From Planctomycetota bacterium (lineage in GTDB: Bacteria > Planctomycetota > MHYJ01 > JACPRB01), in assembly GCA_016209705.1 (NCBI GenBank), contig JACQVR010000021.1:24010-88009 (forward strand): DNA of 64,000 nt, read 5' to 3'. This document shows positions 38,923-48,482 of this stretch, piece after piece. The translations under genes were made by a program, and so were the position numbers. Each line of letters opens with the position of its first letter. Position 1 is the first letter of the stretch. The notes beneath the pieces were generated by a model. That model ran no database searches, had not been told where the DNA came from, and worked only from the letters and a program-made list of their open reading frames with translations.

Positions 38923-39969
38923 TCAAGGCAATCGCTTGCGGATGAATTCGGCCCGGACCACATCGCGTTGCTCGGGATCCAGCGCTTTTCCTTCGATTTT
39001 CTGCAAATGGCTGGGTTGGGTGAATACGAAAAGCTCGTTGACGGCGGCCATGGGAACATGGGAAAGGAGTCCCAAATGCACGCCCAGCCGCAAGGCGGAC
39101 AGCAATTCGATCGTTTCTTCCGAGGAGATGGTGCGGGCGTGCTTCAGGATTCCGTAGGCGCGCCAGACCTTGTCTTCCACCTTGCGCGGCTCGTCGTGCA
39201 GCAGCTTATGGCGCCAGGACCGCTCGAACTTGAGCACTTCGGGGACGACCTTCCTCATCTCGGAGAGGATGTCCTGTTCGCTCTTGCCCAGCGTGGCCTG
39301 ATTGGAAATCTGGAAGAGATCGCCGACGGGCGAGGTCCCTTCCCCGTTGAGACCGCGCACCGTGTAGTTCAGTCGAGCGAGCGTCTGGAGAACCTTGTCC
39401 ATTTGCTTGGAGATGACCGCGGCGGGCAAATGAAGCATGACCGAGACGCGCATCCCCGTTCCCACGTTCGTGGGGCACGCCGTGAGATAGCCGAATCGCG
39501 GATGAAACGCGTAGCTCAGACGCTTTTCCAGCTCCGTATCGGCCTGGTCGACCCCTTCCCAGGTCAGGTCGAGCTGCAATCCCGATCGCATGGCCTGAAG
39601 CCTGAGGTGATCCTCCTCGTTGACCATGATGCTGAGCGTCTCGTCGGAGTTGATCGCCACGCCGCGCTCGCCTTCCCCGACCGCGTGTTCCCGGCTGACC
39701 AGATGCCGCTCGAACAGGAGCTGGCGGTCGATCATGGGCATCCGCATGAGGGAAAGATACTGGAAGTCCCGCGTGGGGAACGCTTCCTGGAGCCTTCCGC
39801 GCACATACTGCTCGATCTGCGAGCGGGTCTCCGGATTGGCGACGGTCAGAAAGGGAAATCGGCTCAGGTTGCGGGCCAGTCGCACGCGCGTGGACACGAC
39901 CACGTCGCCGTCGGGCCCGTTGCCCTTCAACCACTCACCGGATCGCTGGAGAAAGTCGTCCCACTTCAT
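38923..39969 (-). CDS. mcsB: Protein arginine kinase McsB
   Basis: VSTRVRLARNL, ERHLVS, MVNEEDHLRLQ, GYLTACPTNVGTGMRVSVMLHLP and QISNQATLG motifs. Confidence 0.95.
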   Translation of the reverse strand: MKWDDFLQRSGEWLKGNGPDGDVVVSTRVRLARNLSRFPFLTVANPETRSQIEQYVRGRLQEAFPTRDFQYLSLMRMPMIDRQLLFERHLVSREHAVGEGERGVAINSDETLSIMVNEEDHLRLQAMRSGLQLDLTWEGVDQADTELEKRLSYAFHPRFGYLTACPTNVGTGMRVSVMLHLPAAVISKQMDKVLQTLARLNYTVRGLNGEGTSPVGDLFQISNQATLGKSEQDILSEMRKVVPEVLKFERSWRHKLLHDEPRKVEDKVWRAYGILKHARTISSEETIELLSALRLGVHLGLLSHVPMAAVNELFVFTQPSHLQKIEGKALDPEQRDVVRAEFIRKRLP

Positions 39970-40008
39970 GAATCGCCCGTATGAGTTTACTTCCTTCCTT
40001 GCGGGCGA

Positions 40009-40059
40009 CCCTTCTCCGCTAAAGCTACGGAGGGCCTCCGAAGCCTTGGCGAAGGAGGC
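40009..40059. repeat. REP-like hairpin element
   Basis: ccttctccgctaaagctacggagggcctccgaagccttggcgaaggagg. Confidence 0.55.
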
Positions 40060-40096
40060 TCACCACGCCGCCCCCAGGTGGTACGTCGCAGGCGGC

Positions 40097-40591
40097 TCAT
40101 TCGCTCAGCTCCGTTTCCAGCGTCTTGATCCGGTCGCGGATTTGCGCCGCCTTTTCGAAATTCTCCGATTTCACCACCGTTTCCAGCTCGCGCTTCAGCC
40201 GCACCAGTTCGGATTCCTTGCGCACCACGCTCTCGACCGTTCGCGGCGTTTTCCCGACGTGCTGGGTCGACTGATGGACTTTTTCGAGCAGCGGGAGCAG
40301 GCCCGCCTTGAACACTTCGTAATCGTTCGCGCAGCCCAGCCGCGTCTTGGCCTTGAACTCCGAATACGTGATGCCGCATTCCGGACACCGCAGCGATCCC
40401 GTTTCGCCTTTCCCCGCCTTGGGAACCTCCATGAGGTTGCCCAGGATGTCGGAGATGGAAAAAGTGAACTTCATGCCGATGCCGGCGGAGCGGGCGCATT
40501 CCTCGCACAGGTGAGCTTCCTTCTTGGTTCCGTTGACCACTTCGGTCACATGAACCGTCGCTTGATTCTTGGAACACTTTCCGCAGATCAT
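40097..40591 (-). CDS. mcsA: McsA (CxxC motifs plus UVR domain) activator of McsB
   Basis: CGKC, LCEECA, CPECG, RLGCANDY, HVGKTP and ENFEKAAQIRD motifs. Confidence 0.93.
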   Translation of the reverse strand: MICGKCSKNQATVHVTEVVNGTKKEAHLCEECARSAGIGMKFTFSISDILGNLMEVPKAGKGETGSLRCPECGITYSEFKAKTRLGCANDYEVFKAGLLPLLEKVHQSTQHVGKTPRTVESVVRKESELVRLKRELETVVKSENFEKAAQIRDRIKTLETELSE

Positions 40592-40607
40592 GGGGAACTC
40601 ACTTTTA

Positions 40608-41966
40608 TTATAGCGCCCGATCGCTGTTTTTCGCTTCTTTTGCGAGCGGCGTCGCTCCTCCCTCTTCCACGATCCGCTTTTCCCAGCGGATCAGTTCGGA
40701 CACGCTCGCGAGCGTTCCTCCGGCGCGGATCTCCCCACGCAACCGATTCTCCTTTTCTAGAACGTCCATGGCGCGGTTGGCGATCTCCACCGCGCGCGCG
40801 CCCGGCACCCGGACGACGCCGCTGTCGTCCCCGATGATCCAGTCGCCCGGACTCACGGTCACGCCTCCGAGGCGCACCGGCACGTTGATCTCGCCGAACC
40901 CCTTGGGCTCTCCGGCGGTCGGGGTCAAGATGCGCGCCCACGCCGGGAATCCCAGGGCGCGGATGGCGTCGACGTCCCGGATGGCGCCGTCGATGACCAC
41001 GCCGGCGATTTTCCGCTGAAGGCAGGACTCGCTCGCCAGCTCGCCCCACACCGCGGGGCCGCGCGAGCCCGCGTCGATCACGAGGACTTCGCCGGGCTTG
41101 GCCACGTCGATCGCTTCGACCGGTTTGGCCCAGTCCCCGGGATAGGTTCGCACGGTGACGCACGGCCCCGCCATCTTGCGGCCGGTCTGGAGCGGTATGA
41201 GTTCCGCCAGTTCCCCCGAGCGGTGCATCGCGTCGGAGATGTTGGGCGTGGAGACGGTTTCGAACAGGCGCCGGATTTCCTCTTCGGAACGCGCGCGCTT
41301 GTACAGATCGGTCGCCACGCCGACACCGTCCCGCATGGCCTTCAAGATGAGACGGACGGCGTTCTCCGCGTCGGCGCTCTTGGTCACCGCGCCTCCGACG
41401 ATGACGATGTCGGCGCCCGCTCGGACCACCTCGGCGGCCGTTTCGCTGTTGATGCCTCCTGCGACCGCGATGCGGATGTCCACGTGGGGTCGCAACCGGA
41501 GCAGTTCGGTGGTCGGATCGCCGCCGCGCATCTGGTCGTCGATCGGCAGATGCAATCCGACATGGTGCGCCCCCCATTCCTGGCACTTGCGCGCGAGTTC
41601 CACCTGGGCGTCCCCGTGAACGCCCAGAAGGTCGATGGCGACATCGATCCCATAATTCCGTCCGGCGTCGATGCATTCCAGGATCGTGGCGTCGGAGCCG
41701 GTGCTGCACACTGTCGCGCAATTAGCGCCCGCCTTGGCCGCCGCTTCGAATTCCGCCCGGCCCGCGTCCAGCGTCTTGAGATCCGCGATGAGATAGGCGC
41801 GGGGGAACTCGCGGCGCAGCGCCCGGATGGCTTCCAGTCCTTCGCTCTTGATGAGCGGAGTGCCCGCCTCGATCCACTCGGCGCCGCCGCGGACCGCTTC
41901 CCGGGCGACCTTCAAGGCCCGGGTCAGTTCCAGGAAATCCAGCGCGACTTGCAGGGTGGGTCCCAT
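40608..41966 (-). CDS. hxlA: 3-hexulose-6-phosphate synthase fused to an RraA/HMG-aldolase-like domain
   Basis: LQVALD, EAGTPLIKSEG, ADLKTLDAG and AVAGGIN, then STPNISDAM, GDWAKPVEAID, AVWGELA, DGAIRDV and GDWIIGDDSGV. Confidence 0.88.
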   Translation of the reverse strand: MGPTLQVALDFLELTRALKVAREAVRGGAEWIEAGTPLIKSEGLEAIRALRREFPRAYLIADLKTLDAGRAEFEAAAKAGANCATVCSTGSDATILECIDAGRNYGIDVAIDLLGVHGDAQVELARKCQEWGAHHVGLHLPIDDQMRGGDPTTELLRLRPHVDIRIAVAGGINSETAAEVVRAGADIVIVGGAVTKSADAENAVRLILKAMRDGVGVATDLYKRARSEEEIRRLFETVSTPNISDAMHRSGELAELIPLQTGRKMAGPCVTVRTYPGDWAKPVEAIDVAKPGEVLVIDAGSRGPAVWGELASESCLQRKIAGVVIDGAIRDVDAIRALGFPAWARILTPTAGEPKGFGEINVPVRLGGVTVSPGDWIIGDDSGVVRVPGARAVEIANRAMDVLEKENRLRGEIRAGGTLASVSELIRWEKRIVEEGGATPLAKEAKNSDRAL

Positions 41967-42010
41967 GGCGGACATCATAATAGCATAGGGCCGTCGCGCG
42001 CGCCGGAGGA

Positions 42011-43828
42011 TCAGATCCATCCTCGCTGGTAGAAAATCCATTCGGCGGCGAGCATCAGCAAACCCAGTGCGCCGACGACGGCGGGGTACGGCAGGTCTTT
42101 CCACCAGGGCGGCGGCTCCGGAAGGCCCGGGCCGGGGGTGTCCGGAACGCGCCCGGCATCGAGGGGCTCCGTTCCTTCGACCGCGACCCATTCCGTCCGT
42201 CCGCCGCACTCGATCTTGACGAGTCCCGATCGAGGCAGAAGAACGCGGGCTTCCCCACGATGCGGTTCGATCGAACGACTGTCGGTGCGGTCCTGCCGCA
42301 CTTCCGTGATCCGCACGTCGGCCCCTGGTTCCGCCAGCGGGGCGACGTTCCTCAGCACGCCGCCCGCGCGCGCGGTTCGGGGAAACGCGCGGCGCCCCTC
42401 GTCGGACAGCCACGCCAGCGCGTTGCGCAGGAAAATCGGGAACGACGCCTTCAAGGCGAAGTCGCCCTCCTCCACGCGGAACGAGAATCCGAACTGGATC
42501 CACGCCAGGCCTTGGCGCCTCCCCCAGGTAGCGATCGCGCCGCGATCGGACAGGACCAGCGGATTGCCCTCGAGGAGCCGCGCCCGGCGGCACAGGACGT
42601 CGCCGTACTCCACCCATCGATGGATCGGATGATCGCGGTCCCAGTCCACGATCTTCGGCACGGACGCTTCGCCCGCGGCGGCCGCCGGGGCATGCGGTCC
42701 CTCCGATCCCAATAGCAGGTAGCCTCCGTCCGGAAGCGGCGCGGAGGGCGCCGTCCGGTCGAATATGACGACCGCGCCCTCCGTGAGGGGATCGGAAGGG
42801 CGTCCGACCGAGAGGGTCACCGTCTTTTCCTGCTCGAGGAGCTGGAGCGCCGACCATAGATGGGGATCCGGATGCTCCGGATCCGACACTAGCAAAACGG
42901 GGACCGGCGCTGTCGGCGGAACCACGAAGGCCGCGACATCGTCCTCAGGATGCGCGTCGCCGGTCGCGAGGCGCAGCTCGATGAAGGCACCGCGCTCGAA
43001 GCGCTCCGCGGGCCATGCCTGCGGATCCAAGGGCACCTCCACGGCTTTGCGCTCCCGCGGCTGGAGCGAAACGGCGAACGTCGCGAAGACGCGTCCGCGA
43101 TTGCGCGCCTCCAGCGCTCCTTGCGCTGGGGCATCCGAAGCGTTCACGGCCGTGACCTGCGCGGAGAGACGTCCTTCTTCCCGCAGGAGCCGCGGTTGGG
43201 TCAGGCCGGTGTTCGCCTGCGGCGTTCCCACGGGGAGGATCCCGAGGTTCCGATCCTCCATGGCGGGCCACGGGCGGCTCGTGAGAACGTAGAGAGTCGC
43301 CTCGGGATTTGCGCACGCCGCCAGTCGGGCGGGATCCTCGGCGATCGGGTCGCGCGAGATCCGCTCCAGCGCCTCCGTCCGGCGATGGCGATCGGACGTT
43401 TCCGGTTCGACCACTCCGGTCGCGTCGATGATCGCCGCCGTATCGACCCGTCCGAGGCGCGCCAAAAGTTCGCGCGCGCGATCCAAAGCGAGATCGAAGC
43501 GTAGGCGGCCGTCCGGCTCGCGGACGAAAAGCTCGGGGGACGTATCGATCACCAAAGCATAGCGTCGGGGCTCGGGCGTGAGCCCGCGGACCGTCGGATC
43601 GGCGAGGGCCGACGTCAGCAGCGCCAGCGCGGCCAGGGCCCAGATCAGGCCGAGGAGGCGGCGCAGCTTGCGGAACGCCGACTTTCGCTCTTCCGGCAGC
43701 AGCACCTGATCCCAGAATAGGAGGCTGGGAACTGGCAGCCGCCGGATTCGGCCGCGGTAGAAGTGTGCGGCGACGATCGGCGCCGCCAGCACCAGAAGCC
43801 ACAAGGCCCGAGGGTTTCCGAACTCCAT
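42011..43828 (-). CDS. BatA-domain / vWA-like membrane protein
   Basis: MEFGNPRALWLL..PIVAAH...R..VPSLLFW..ALADP..ALVIDTS, FPIFLRNALAWL and C-terminal TM ending AAEW. Confidence 0.8.
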   Translation of the reverse strand: MEFGNPRALWLLVLAAPIVAAHFYRGRIRRLPVPSLLFWDQVLLPEERKSAFRKLRRLLGLIWALAALALLTSALADPTVRGLTPEPRRYALVIDTSPELFVREPDGRLRFDLALDRARELLARLGRVDTAAIIDATGVVEPETSDRHRRTEALERISRDPIAEDPARLAACANPEATLYVLTSRPWPAMEDRNLGILPVGTPQANTGLTQPRLLREEGRLSAQVTAVNASDAPAQGALEARNRGRVFATFAVSLQPRERKAVEVPLDPQAWPAERFERGAFIELRLATGDAHPEDDVAAFVVPPTAPVPVLLVSDPEHPDPHLWSALQLLEQEKTVTLSVGRPSDPLTEGAVVIFDRTAPSAPLPDGGYLLLGSEGPHAPAAAAGEASVPKIVDWDRDHPIHRWVEYGDVLCRRARLLEGNPLVLSDRGAIATWGRRQGLAWIQFGFSFRVEEGDFALKASFPIFLRNALAWLSDEGRRAFPRTARAGGVLRNVAPLAEPGADVRITEVRQDRTDSRSIEPHRGEARVLLPRSGLVKIECGGRTEWVAVEGTEPLDAGRVPDTPGPGLPEPPPWWKDLPYPAVVGALGLLMLAAEWIFYQRGWI

Positions 43829-43841
43829 GAGGGGGGAACGA

Positions 43842-44717
43842 TCACCTCTGGTCCAGGATGCCGCTGCGGCGGAAGATGTCCCGCACTCGCTTTTCCAGCG
43901 GCTCGTCGCTGCGCACGCGCACGTAGTACAGTTCGTGCTCGGTGGCGAAGCGCTCCAGCTCGGCACAGAAGGCGCGGAAGCGGGCGCGATACTGATCGAG
44001 GGTCGCCTCGGTGATCGGCACGTCGCGCTTGCGCCCGGTTTCCAGATCGATCAGAAAATAGCGGCCGCGTTCGGCGGGCTCGATCTCCTCGCGCGCGACG
44101 AGGTGGATGAGATGGACCTCGTGGCGCTGGGCGAGCAGGCGCCGGAGTCCTTCGCCGTAACCGGTCGGGTCATAGAAATCGCTCAACAACAGGATGAGGG
44201 ACTTCCCCCGGTTCCCGGGCCAGGGCGCCGCCAGAGCCCCGAAGTCCGTGGAACCCGAAGGCTGAAGGGTTTCGATGGCCGCCAGTAGGGCGAAGGCGGA
44301 CGCCTTCCCGCGCAGGTTCTTGGCGATCGGCGCCAGCGCCGTCGTCAGCGAGTAGAGGCTCACGCTGTCGAAGTGGGCCAGGCCGATGTATCCCAGCGCC
44401 GCGGCCAGTTCGCCGGCGGCCTCGAACTTGGGAGGGCGGCCGAAGGTCATCGAAGCGGAGAGATCCATCACGAGCGACACGTGGACGTTCTCTTCCGCGC
44501 TGAATTCCTTGACGAACAACGATCCATGGCGGGCATAGACGTTCCAGTCGATGTAGCGGATCTCGTCGCCGGGCGCGTAGCGCCGGTAGTCCGCGAACTC
44601 GAGGGAGGCTCCCCGGCGGGGCGTGCGGCGGTCGGCGCGCTCGTCCGAGGACAGCAGCCGGCGCGCCATCAGGTTGAGCGCGTCCAGGGTCCGTATGAAA
44701 TCCGATCCGAACTTCAT
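43842..44717 (-). CDS. DUF58-domain protein (MoxR-associated)
   Basis: GASLEFADYRRYAPGDEIRYIDWNVYAR, DLSASM and LLSDF motifs. Confidence 0.92.
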   Translation of the reverse strand: MKFGSDFIRTLDALNLMARRLLSSDERADRRTPRRGASLEFADYRRYAPGDEIRYIDWNVYARHGSLFVKEFSAEENVHVSLVMDLSASMTFGRPPKFEAAGELAAALGYIGLAHFDSVSLYSLTTALAPIAKNLRGKASAFALLAAIETLQPSGSTDFGALAAPWPGNRGKSLILLLSDFYDPTGYGEGLRRLLAQRHEVHLIHLVAREEIEPAERGRYFLIDLETGRKRDVPITEATLDQYRARFRAFCAELERFATEHELYYVRVRSDEPLEKRVRDIFRRSGILDQR

Positions 44718-44756
44718 CAGGAAAGTGTATCAACCGCCGTGCCGTCCCGCCACGCA

Positions 44757-44955
44757 GGAGATGGGGAGAGGCGGGGGATCGGGGGATGGGGACTGATGCA
44801 GCAATGCGTAGTCGGATGTCGTCTCCTCATCTGGACGTATCTCCCTATCTCCAAGGGGATGGTGAGATGCGGGGGGATCGGGGGATGGGATTGGGAGATG
44901 ACGGTGCTCCGAGGTTCCGCTCTCCACAGCTCCCATCGATCTCCCGATCCCCCAC
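44757..44955. repeat. Octamer-type GGGGAT/ATCTCC inverted repeat cluster
   Basis: ggagatggggagaggcgggggatcgggggatgggg ... atctccctatctcc ... cccatcgatctcccgatcccc. Confidence 0.55.
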
Positions 44956-45005
44956 GCCCCCTCGTAACACTTCTTCGGCCCGATCGTCGTGTATACTGGA
45001 AGCAG

Positions 45006-45797
45006 ATGCCCGTACCTGCGTGGATCGAGACGTTCCTGCTGGTCGGCGTACTCTTCGTCGTCGTCGCCGTCCCGGTCAAGATCCTCTGGGAAGCCACGCG
45101 GCGGACGCGCGAGCGCCGGCAGCGGGCGGCTCAGCTCGCGGATCGACTTCGGGAACACTTCAGCGAGGTGCGCCTTCATCGTCCGTGGCTCGGCGAGGAC
45201 GAAATTCACTTCACGCACGAGGGCTTTGATGTCACGTTGCGAATCCCTCGACCGAACCGCATCGATGTGGCGATGGAAGCGCATCCCTCGACGCCGGCGG
45301 CGCTGGTCGTCCGAACCCGGCGCGCGCTGCGGCTGCTTCCGGCGATGCACGGGATGCAGATGTTGGAGCGCGTGACGACGGGCGATCCGCTGATCGACGA
45401 TGAACTTGAGCTATACGCCAATCCCGTCCTTGCCGGGTTCCTCAGAGATCGATTCATGGACGCCCTGGCGGCCGCCGGCGATCCGCCGGCGTGGACCGAA
45501 AGCCTGGTCGTGTTGAAGCGGGCGCCGGGCGTGAAGCGGTTCGTCCTGCGGTTCGCGCCCGACCGCGCCATCACGCTGAACCTCAAGCTCCGGACGGAGG
45601 ATCTTTGGTATCGAGCGACCGAGCTGGAGGGGATCCTGCACCATGTTCGGCGCATGAACGACCTCCTGGTCCATTACGACCGCCCTCCTTCCCGCGTCAC
45701 CGGACCCGGCGAAAGCTCTGAGCGAACCCCCCGCCCGCGCCCTGGGCCGGATCGCAACGCGACGCCTCCTCCGCGGAAAACTCCGGATGGCGCGTGA
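45006..45797 (+). CDS. Hypothetical single-TM membrane protein
   Basis: MPVPAWIETFLLVGVLFVVVAVPVKILW, with GC3-rich codons. The 3' end overlaps convergent rsmB. Confidence 0.65.
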   Translation: MPVPAWIETFLLVGVLFVVVAVPVKILWEATRRTRERRQRAAQLADRLREHFSEVRLHRPWLGEDEIHFTHEGFDVTLRIPRPNRIDVAMEAHPSTPAALVVRTRRALRLLPAMHGMQMLERVTTGDPLIDDELELYANPVLAGFLRDRFMDALAAAGDPPAWTESLVVLKRAPGVKRFVLRFAPDRAITLNLKLRTEDLWYRATELEGILHHVRRMNDLLVHYDRPPSRVTGPGESSERTPRPRPGPDRNATPPPRKTPDGA

Positions 45798-46998
45798 GGA
45801 ACGCCGCGCAGCGCTCCTCGTTTTCCTCCGGCTCCAGAGAACAGGTGCTGTACACGAGGCGTCCCCCCGGCTTGACCAGGAGCACGGCCGCGTGGAGCAG
45901 GGCGTCTTGAAGCGGAAGCAGCTTCGGGATGTCGTCGGGTCTCAACCGCCACCGCGCGTCCGCGCGCCGGCCCAGGACGCCCGTGTTGGAACAGGGCACG
46001 TCCGCGAGCACGCCGTCCATTCCGCCGCGCAGCGGGACGCGCCGCGCATCCGCAACGACGGGATGCACAACGCCTGGAAACGCCGCCGCAGAGGCGCGGA
46101 TGAGCCGCACTTTTTCGGGCGTCCGATCGATGGAGACGATCAGGCCGCTTCCTCCCAGCAACGAAGCCAGGTGGGCGGTCTTTCCGCCGGGGGCGGCGCA
46201 CAGATCCGCGAGGATCGCGCCGGAACGGGGCGCCAGGAGCGGCGCGGCCCGTGCCGCCGCTTCATCCTGCACCCGAAGGAGACCGCGGCGGAACGCCTCC
46301 AGTCTCGTGAGGTCGCCGCCCGCGATCAGCGCCACGAGGCCCGTGGGCCGCGCCTCGGTCCGGATGCCTTCTTTCGCCAGATAAGAGGCCGGATCGATGG
46401 AGACATTGGGAGCCACGGTGATGACGGGAGCTTCGTTGTTTGCGGCGCACAACGCTTCGATCCGGTCCCAGCGCCACCCGTGGCTCACCCATCGCCGGAG
46501 CAGCCATGGGGGATGAGAATAGGCGATCGACAAACGCTCCACGGGATCGTCGCCCCACAGCGCTCGCCGGAGGCCCAGCGGCGGAAGACCTGGCCTGGGA
46601 AGAAGATGCGGGCCGTGCCGCAGGCGCAGCGTTCCCCGCAGGACCGCGTTGACGAACCGGCCCGCCCCGGGCGAACGGCGCTTGGCGAGCGAGACCGCTT
46701 CGTCCACCGCGGCGTAGGAAGGAACGCGCGTCAGGTAGATGAGTTGGTAGGCGGCCACACGCAGGATCGATCGAACGCGTTCATCGATGTGGCGCTTTCC
46801 CGAGGCGGCTTCCAGGAGGGCGTCCAACGTCAAGCGATGGCGCACGGAACCGAACACGAGCGCCGTCAAGAACGCCCGATCCCTTCGCGCCGGCCAGCGC
46901 TCCCGTACCGGCGCCAGCGCGTCGTCGATGAACAGCCGCTCCTGTTCGGCGCGCTCCAGGACCTCCACCGCCGCGCCGCGCAGGTTCATGTCCGCCAT
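45697..46998 (-). CDS. rsmB: 16S rRNA m5C967 methyltransferase RsmB/Sun
   Basis: NusB-like N-terminus; YSHPPWL, VQDE, DLCAAPGGKT, DVPCSNTG and YSTCSLEPEEN motifs. Confidence 0.92.
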   Translation of the reverse strand: MADMNLRGAAVEVLERAEQERLFIDDALAPVRERWPARRDRAFLTALVFGSVRHRLTLDALLEAASGKRHIDERVRSILRVAAYQLIYLTRVPSYAAVDEAVSLAKRRSPGAGRFVNAVLRGTLRLRHGPHLLPRPGLPPLGLRRALWGDDPVERLSIAYSHPPWLLRRWVSHGWRWDRIEALCAANNEAPVITVAPNVSIDPASYLAKEGIRTEARPTGLVALIAGGDLTRLEAFRRGLLRVQDEAAARAAPLLAPRSGAILADLCAAPGGKTAHLASLLGGSGLIVSIDRTPEKVRLIRASAAAFPGVVHPVVADARRVPLRGGMDGVLADVPCSNTGVLGRRADARWRLRPDDIPKLLPLQDALLHAAVLLVKPGGRLVYSTCSLEPEENEERCAAFLTRHPEFSAEEASRCDPAQGAGGGFAQSFRRVR

Positions 46999-47627
46999 GC
47001 GGAGTCGCGTTCGCGAAGAGTGTGCGGGCTGAAGATCCAGAATCGGCGCCAGCGCTCATGCTTTTGCAGAAAGGCGCGGTCGGCGCCGGTCAGCAGGTGC
47101 GGGAAGTTGCGCGCCTTGAATTTCAGCAGACCGCTGCGATCCACGTCCTGGAGCCGTCGGGCCAGGCCGCGCCAGGGGGAAGCGGCGTCGACGCGCACGG
47201 CGTTGGCAAAGTCGATCAAATAGGGACGTCCGTCCGCTTCGGAGATGAGGATGTTTTTTTTCTGGCGCAAATCCAGATGCAGGACGCCGCGGCGATGCAC
47301 GCTCCGGAGGGTCTCCTCGAGCGCATGGTAGACGCGGTCGGGAAGCTCGCCGGGCCTGAATTTGCCGATCGTCCGGCCGGCGATGTATTCGGTCATCAGG
47401 GCGTGTCGGCCGATGATCGCGTAGGCCCGCGGGATTCCGGGAATTCCTTCCAGGCGGCGCAAGAGGCAGAATTCGCGCCGCACGAGGATCGGAGCGAGGA
47501 GGTTTCGGGTGAGGGGATTCTTGGACCCGAAGTCCTTGAGCACCGCCCGGCCGCCCGCGCGTGGGACCACGCGGATCACGGGCGAAAGAAAGCCGCCCTT
47601 GTCGCGAAGAATCGAGGGATCGCTCAT
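46986..47627 (-). CDS. RIO/Kdo-like kinase-fold protein
   Basis: AVLKDF, RE...L..LEGIPGIP, HRRGVLHLDLRQKKNIL and YLIDFA motifs. Confidence 0.8.
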   Translation of the reverse strand: MSDPSILRDKGGFLSPVIRVVPRAGGRAVLKDFGSKNPLTRNLLAPILVRREFCLLRRLEGIPGIPRAYAIIGRHALMTEYIAGRTIGKFRPGELPDRVYHALEETLRSVHRRGVLHLDLRQKKNILISEADGRPYLIDFANAVRVDAASPWRGLARRLQDVDRSGLLKFKARNFPHLLTGADRAFLQKHERWRRFWIFSPHTLRERDSAWRT

Positions 47628-48256
47628 CGCGCCAGCGGGACCACGCGGGTCACGAAGGAGATCAGGTCGTTGTTGAAAAGGATCGCGATCGTGCCCGCCG
47701 CGATCGCGAGGGGAGTCCATTGTTCGCTGTTGGCGCAGGCGGCCTGCCAGCTCCAGCGCTGCCGGCCCGCGCGTTCATATCGAACCAGGCGGGGAAAGTA
47801 ATCCGGAACGGACCGGTCGTAGTGATCCCAATCCGGACCGAAGTGCGCGCGCAGCCGATCTCCTTCGCGCTTTTTCTTGTACGGTGCGTAATAGAGGATG
47901 AACCCCAGGATGCCGACGCCCAGGAGCATCCAGTTCATGTGGGCCTGCCACCACACGGCGCCGAGGTCTCCGCGGGCCATGACCGCGAATCCCGCCATGC
48001 AGAAGAACGTGCCGATATAGAGGGGGTTCTTGACGTACGCATAAGGGCCCGTCACCGTCAGGACCTTGTTCTTGACCAGATGGCCGGCCGCCCAGAGGCG
48101 GATCCACTCGCCGCCGGCGACGAGCGCCACGCCCGTCCAGAACCACCAGGTCAAATGTTTGTTCGACTGCCGGTCGGCGAAGACGACGAGGGTCACGACC
48201 AGAAGATAGACGGCCAGGAGGCGCCAGCTCAATTTTCGGAGGCGCGTCGCTTTCAC
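47624..48256 (-). CDS. Isoprenylcysteine carboxyl methyltransferase / PEMT family membrane protein
   Basis: GEWIRLWAAGHL.K...LTVTGPYAYVKNPLYIG and E...L..HFG..W..Y...VP..FP motifs. Confidence 0.85.
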   Translation of the reverse strand: MKATRLRKLSWRLLAVYLLVVTLVVFADRQSNKHLTWWFWTGVALVAGGEWIRLWAAGHLVKNKVLTVTGPYAYVKNPLYIGTFFCMAGFAVMARGDLGAVWWQAHMNWMLLGVGILGFILYYAPYKKKREGDRLRAHFGPDWDHYDRSVPDYFPRLVRYERAGRQRWSWQAACANSEQWTPLAIAAGTIAILFNNDLISFVTRVVPLAR

Positions 48257-48294
48257 GGTCGGAGTTGTATCAGGAAGCCCGGCCCAGGGCAATT

Positions 48295-48413
48295 GTTACA
48301 ATTAATTTTCAAAATTAATCGTAACAAGGTCCGTCGGGACCAAACGTAACTCCTGACGGAGCAGGGGTCGCACGAGGAGCTTGTTACAATTAATTCTCAA
48401 AATATATTGTAGC
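48295..48413. repeat. Two 31-bp AT-rich imperfect palindromes
   Basis: GTTACAATTAATTTTCAAAATTAATCGTAAC (48295-48325) and GTTACAATTAATTCTCAAAATATATTGTAGC (48383-48413). Confidence 0.8.
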
Positions 48414-48437
48414 GCTTTATAAATTATAAATTATGAC

Positions 48438-48465
48438 TTGACAGGGGCTTGGCCCGACGTATATT
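48438..48465 (+). promoter_or_regulatory. Sigma70 promoter of tsaB
   Basis: TTGACA-16bp-TATATT with an AT-rich UP-like region. Confidence 0.6.
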
Positions 48466-48482
48466 CAGAGCATCGGATTCTC

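Noticed and set aside
40608-43966. 749-aa HPS and 651-aa BatA ORFs as larger fusions
   Set aside because: The upstream portions are open frames overlapping neighbouring genes. Recognisable domains begin at 41966 and 43828.
48295-48413. Possible mini CRISPR array (repeat, 57-bp spacer, repeat)
   Set aside because: Only two divergent units. The same unit occurs in tandem without spacers at 52439-52519, and no cas genes are in the window.
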